Shown: positions 28,394-32,000 of the stretch, one piece after another
Position numbering within the stretch: position 1 is the first letter of the stretch
Layout: every line of letters begins with the position of its first letter
Origin: Microcystis aeruginosa NIES-843
GTDB taxonomy: Bacteria > Cyanobacteriota > Cyanobacteriia > Cyanobacteriales > Microcystaceae
DNA length: 32,000 nucleotides
Direction: 5' to 3'
Assembly: GCF_000010625.1 (NCBI RefSeq)
Contig: NC_010296.1
Span: forward strand, 4,500,001-4,532,000
Program-made: the position numbers and the translations under genes
Notes under the pieces: model-generated
The model's database searches: none
Seen by the model: only the letters and a program-made list of their open reading frames with translations
What the model was told of the DNA's origin: nothing

Positions 28394-28491
28394 ACTAAAT
28401 CCGTTGAGTATAGGCTACATATCAGGACAGGCAACAGGCAACAGGCAACAGGGGGAATAAATAATCAGTTTTTAATAACCAGATTTAGTAT
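28392..28491. mobile_element. MITE-B copy (100 bp) abutting the cutA start codon
   Basis: ATACTAAATCCGTTGAGTATAGGCTACATATCAGGACAGGCAACAGGCAACAGGCAACAGGGGGAATAAATAATCAGTTTTTAATAACCAGATTTAGTAT. 10-bp TIRs ATACTAAATC / GATTTAGTAT. The left TIR overlaps the AT of the cutA ATG. Confidence 0.75.
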
Positions 28492-28543
28492 AATAGTGAT
28501 GATAACTAGAAAAATGGCTAATTAATCGACAAATAAAAACAAT

Positions 28544-28572
28544 CAGCTGATCAGTGATCACTGATCACTGAA
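28544..28572. repeat. Short (CTGATCA)n-type heptad array
   Basis: cagctgatcagtgatcactgatcactgaat, ending 2 nt before the stop of the Crp-family gene. Confidence 0.85.
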
Positions 28573-28573
28573 T

Positions 28574-29281
28574 TTAGGTGATCACTTTTTCTAAAGCGAC
28601 CAGATCGGGAATAAAGAGGGATTCCTGCTGTCTTTGAATCAGTCCTTTTTTGTGCAATTTGGTCAAGGATCGGGTCACGGTTTCCCGGGCCAGGCCACTA
28701 ATACTACTCAATTCCCGGTGAGGTAAATTGGGAATTACTGTACCCTGGCAGCTTTTTTCTCCTTGACCTTCGGCTAAAAAGAGTAAAGTATCGGCGACTC
28801 TGGAGAGACTATCGGCCTCCCGTAAACGTAAACGCCGGTTAAGTTGACGCAAACGCTTGGCCATTAACTGAGAAAGACGAATTCCCGCTAAAGGTTCCGA
28901 TTGGAGCAGATTAACAAAATCTTGAGCGGGAATACTGCTAATTGTGGCCGTGGTTAAGGTGATAGCATCAGTGGAGCGGGGAGATTCTTCTAAAGCGGCC
29001 ATTTCTCCGACTATTTCCCCTTTACCGAGGATATTTAAGGTGACTTCTTTGCCATCCATATTGTAAGTACGAATTTTCACCCAACCATCCAGAATAAAGT
29101 AAACCGAACCCCCCCAATCATTTTCTAATAAAATCGCCCGATTAGCAGGATGAGTGCGGGTGACAGCATGAGAAGTAACTTGATCGAGGGTTTCAGGGGC
29201 CAAACCGACCAATAAAGTGGCTGTATCTAATAATTTTTGAATCTCTGCTAATTTTTCCGCAGGATATCGTTTTTCTTCCAT
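28574..29281 (-). CDS. Crp/Fnr family transcriptional regulator
   Basis: 235 aa. A cNMP-binding beta-roll (GEIVGEMAALE..RSTDAITL) plus a C-terminal HTH (HRELSSISGLARETVTRSLTKLHKKGLI). Confidence 0.88.
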   Translation of the reverse strand: MEEKRYPAEKLAEIQKLLDTATLLVGLAPETLDQVTSHAVTRTHPANRAILLENDWGGSVYFILDGWVKIRTYNMDGKEVTLNILGKGEIVGEMAALEESPRSTDAITLTTATISSIPAQDFVNLLQSEPLAGIRLSQLMAKRLRQLNRRLRLREADSLSRVADTLLFLAEGQGEKSCQGTVIPNLPHRELSSISGLARETVTRSLTKLHKKGLIQRQQESLFIPDLVALEKVIT

Positions 29282-29315
29282 GGTTTAATATTTAAATTTT
29301 GTTGGTTTTAGGCAG

Positions 29316-30536
29316 GTGATTCTACAATGGAAAGTTGTGGGTATTTTTAATTATCCAGTGACCGATAAACAGGATTTTTCCTCCCTACTGACCGAGATCG
29401 ATCGGATTCTTGCCAAGGTGATTTCCTCTCTAGTTAACCCGCAAGAAGTTACTTCCGAGACAATTATCGCCACTCGTCAACAATTAGAATCGGCCAGAGC
29501 GCTGCTTTCTCCCTTATTGTTGCCCGCTCCAACCCCTGAAGTTGCCCGTTGGTCCCTGGGAATGGAGGTGCAACCAGAGGGGGTAAAAGTTGTCTTTTTT
29601 CGGGAAAGCCGGGGACTGATCGATTTTTATCCTCTTTCTTGGAGTCTGGCAACGGGAACAAGCGATCTCTTACCCTGCTCTCAGGTGGAAGAATATCTAA
29701 TTAGTTGGCTATCTAATCGGGATTTTAGCACCGATTCTTGGCTCTGGGAAGCCCTAGATCGATTAGAAGCTATTATTATCACCGATGACGGGGAAACCCC
29801 CACGGATGACCTGAAAAAAGCCCTTCTCACAGCGCAACTAATACCCCCTGATCGCCTATCTAGTCTAGAAACAGCGATCGCTACTGCTCTGGCCCATATT
29901 CCCACTAGCGATCAACCCCAACCCCAAACCCTACTGGTGATCGAAGGTAAACGAGAGACCACCACTTTAGCAATAGTGGAAGTCCCACCGCAAACTCGCT
30001 CTTTATGCCGTCAAGCGATCGCTCTGAGCCATTTTAACTACGGGGAAAACACCTATGAACAGGCCATACTCTCTCACTTAATTTATCCTCTCTGGCGTTC
30101 TTTTTTGCCTCTTTCCCGCTCCGATCTCACCGATACTAATCCCTTAAAAAAATCTTTACTGGCAGCCGCTAGATTAACCAAATTAATCCTCCAAGAAGAA
30201 AGCGAATTTACCTCCTCTCTAGCCGGTCATACTTGGACGGTCAGTCGCACCGATTTAAATAAGAAGGTGATTATACCATATATAGATAATTTAAGACAAA
30301 AAGTTAATGATTTGTTAGAAAAACAGCAAAAAAGTCTTGAAGATATCGATCGAATAATTTTTAGCGGTAATTTTTTCTTAACCATTTGGCCTTATTTTCT
30401 AACAGAAATACAGCAAGAATTTGCCGGTTGCAATCTAGAGGCCCCCAGTCAGGAAACCTTCTCACCAGCAATCTTGGGTTTGGGTCGTCTCTGTTTATTT
30501 TCGGCTCTTAGAGGTGAGAAGGTCAATAATGCTTAA
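29316..30536 (+). CDS. Hypothetical protein, possibly a degenerate actin/Hsp70-like ATPase fold
   Basis: 406-aa ORF with a GTG start, so the start is uncertain. LLVIEGKRETTTLAIVEV and IDRIIFSGNFF weakly recall Hsp70 phosphate-2/adenosine motifs. Divergent from the Crp-family gene across only 34 bp. Confidence 0.5.
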   Translation: MILQWKVVGIFNYPVTDKQDFSSLLTEIDRILAKVISSLVNPQEVTSETIIATRQQLESARALLSPLLLPAPTPEVARWSLGMEVQPEGVKVVFFRESRGLIDFYPLSWSLATGTSDLLPCSQVEEYLISWLSNRDFSTDSWLWEALDRLEAIIITDDGETPTDDLKKALLTAQLIPPDRLSSLETAIATALAHIPTSDQPQPQTLLVIEGKRETTTLAIVEVPPQTRSLCRQAIALSHFNYGENTYEQAILSHLIYPLWRSFLPLSRSDLTDTNPLKKSLLAAARLTKLILQEESEFTSSLAGHTWTVSRTDLNKKVIIPYIDNLRQKVNDLLEKQQKSLEDIDRIIFSGNFFLTIWPYFLTEIQQEFAGCNLEAPSQETFSPAILGLGRLCLFSALRGEKVNNA

Positions 30537-30564
30537 AAACATCAACCTCAGTAGTAAAACGTAG

Positions 30565-30626
30565 GGTGCGTTAGACGGCCAAAATTGCTGCTTTGACTTG
30601 AAGGTAACAATCCGTCGTAACGCACC
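30565..30626. repeat. Long-loop inverted repeat
   Basis: GGTGCGTTAGACGG (30565-30578) versus CCGTCGTAACGCACC (30612-30626). The arms are complementary except for one indel/mismatch. Confidence 0.6.
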
Positions 30627-30839
30627 ACCTATCATCAACTAAGTAGCCGGTTACAATTAAAGATAAAATACAAAGAACCAGAACCCTGTCCCACTATCTC
30701 ACAATTAATTGAGATTACTTACTTAACTGGTGCGTGGGGCGCGGATTGCTAATTTTTTTTTTTTATTCAAGGTTATTGCCGCAAACACGCCCCCGACATT
30801 ATTGCTAAATGTTAATTTTTATTAGAGGATGCAACATTT

Positions 30840-31655
30840 GTGAGTTTAGAGAGAGTTAAAAATAACTTTTGTCGGGATGCTTTTGTTAATGATGGTAATA
30901 TTCAGGTAGCAACTTTTAGTAACTTAAATCGCGCTCAAGAGTGACAAAAGCACCTAATTAAATACTTTAATCAAGTTAAAATTACCCAAGGTGTCATCGA
31001 TGCCTTACCCAGTCCTGAACCTGTCTATTCACCTGTTCCTCAACAGATAGTTAACTCGGTGGATTTAATCGAGCGCTGGTTAAAGGCAAAAAGAGATATT
31101 TGGCTCTTCGGGACTTGGTATGGTTCGATAGGGGGGCATAAATCGACTCAATCCTTATCTGGCAAGAGATTTAATTGATTAGTTCGCTCCAGATCGCCAA
31201 CAATTGACAAAAATTGCGGCAATGTCTGTCTCTATAAAGGTTTCATTCCTTATAACCCCGTCCATTGCATAAGACAAACCGAAGAACCAGATATTTATGG
31301 TTCCTCCTATCAAACCTATTTAGGAGAAGAATTACTTACAGGTAAAGCTTATAATGACAAAATAAAGCGCTCTGATGGTCAAGAAAGTTCTTCCGAATGG
31401 TTAGCTAATAATGGTGCTTATTATATCTATGGAGTTCAGAGAATAGATTCAGTTAATAATTTTACAGCCTCTGGCGATCAAGCTACAGTGGATGTGGTGG
31501 TTACTGAAGAAAGAACCCTCTATAACAGTCAGGGTAAAATTGATCAAAAGAATAGTGGTTTAAGTACCTTATTGGTTCGCTATAATCTTGAAAATGACGA
31601 GGGAACATGGAAAATAGCCAACTCTAGAACTCTTAAAAATTTAGTTCGTAGATAA
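30840..31655 (+). pseudogene. Decayed gene ending in a DUF4101/ARC6-C-terminal-like domain (multiple stops/frameshifts, no usable start)
   Basis: The last 159 codons (31179-31655) are open but lack a start. They read ...YLGEELLTGKAYNDKIKRSDGQESSSEWLANNGAYYIYGVQRIDSVNNFTASGDQATVDVVVTEERTLYNSQGKIDQKNSGLSTLLVRYNLENDEGTWKIANSRTL. Upstream fragments (..VDLIERWLKAKRDI..) lie in other frames and are interrupted by stops. Confidence 0.5.
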
Positions 31656-31797
31656 GTTTAATTAATTCCAAAAGGGCGAGAATAAAAATCAAAAATAGTT
31701 CAGATAAAAACCCATAGATACAATCATTGCTGTTAAATTTTCATCTTTAGACAGTATTTATAAAGCAACCCTGAAGATAAAGACAACCGAATCGATT

Positions 31798-32000
31798 CTA
31801 TTCAGAATCATCATTATAAATATCTTGGAGAGTTTTATTTTCGTAGCGTTCCTGATCTTGATTTTTGCCGCGACGGGAAGGACGACGATATTTTTTATTG
31901 GCTAATTTGGGTTCGTAGGTTTCTTGACCTGCTTCTTTAATTTTTAACTTTAAACTTGACTCTTTTGTGCTAGTTTTCTGTAATGACTGTTCTCGTGCGA
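31798..32000 (-). CDS. C-terminal end of an unidentified protein (5' part outside the window)
   Basis: The minus frame is open from base 32000 to TAG at 31800-31798. It reads ...KIKEAGQETYEPKLANKKYRRPSRRGKNQDQERYENKTLQDIYNDDSE*. No motif is recognised. Confidence 0.35.
   Translation of the reverse strand, partial: AREQSLQKTSTKESSLKLKIKEAGQETYEPKLANKKYRRPSRRGKNQDQERYENKTLQDIYNDDSE

Noticed and set aside
30731-30764. GC-rich segment plus T12 run as a terminator of the 29316-30536 gene
   Set aside because: The stem is only ~3 bp (GCG/CGC) and lies about 200 nt after the stop. The T-run is more likely just a homopolymer tract.

Overview
This window looks like cyanobacterial chromosome. HIP1 octamers (GCGATCGC) are frequent, and apcE, sqdB, adhE, gloB, glmM and cutA are present. 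The (GGGGTGT)n and (CTGATCA/CTGATAA)n intergenic arrays remind me of Microcystis-type genomes, but I cannot verify that here. Housekeeping content: an exopolysaccharide-type cluster (two GT2, one GT4, one O-antigen-polymerase-like membrane protein, and a deacetylase/phosphodiester-glycosidase fusion), an ECF sigma / anti-sigma / LTXXQ operon, sqdB, gloB, adhE next to a P-loop protein of unknown function, apcE, cutA and a Crp-family regulator. The accessory layer is more interesting. (1) A solo, TnpA-less IsrB-type (HNH-less IscB) OMEGA nickase gene sits at 4901-5998, with a structured upstream region that is a candidate omega-RNA. (2) An ORF-less group II intron (~785 nt, minus strand) has a textbook domain V. 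It is inserted inside a G/T-rich repeat array in the leader of a GT2 gene. (3) An AT-rich two-gene islet between adhE and apcE encodes an ABC/AAA15-like ATPase translationally coupled to a small PD-(D/E)xK-like protein. That protein carries an in-frame TAA. The pair is a candidate defence system that I cannot assign to a named family. (4) A Panacea/DUF4065 antitoxin-like gene is broken by a 91-bp TA-duplicating MITE plus a frameshift, next to a small XhlA-like membrane protein. (5) There is a second MITE family and a possible TnpB 3'-end remnant. All calls come from reading the sequence and from remembered family motifs. No database search was run.
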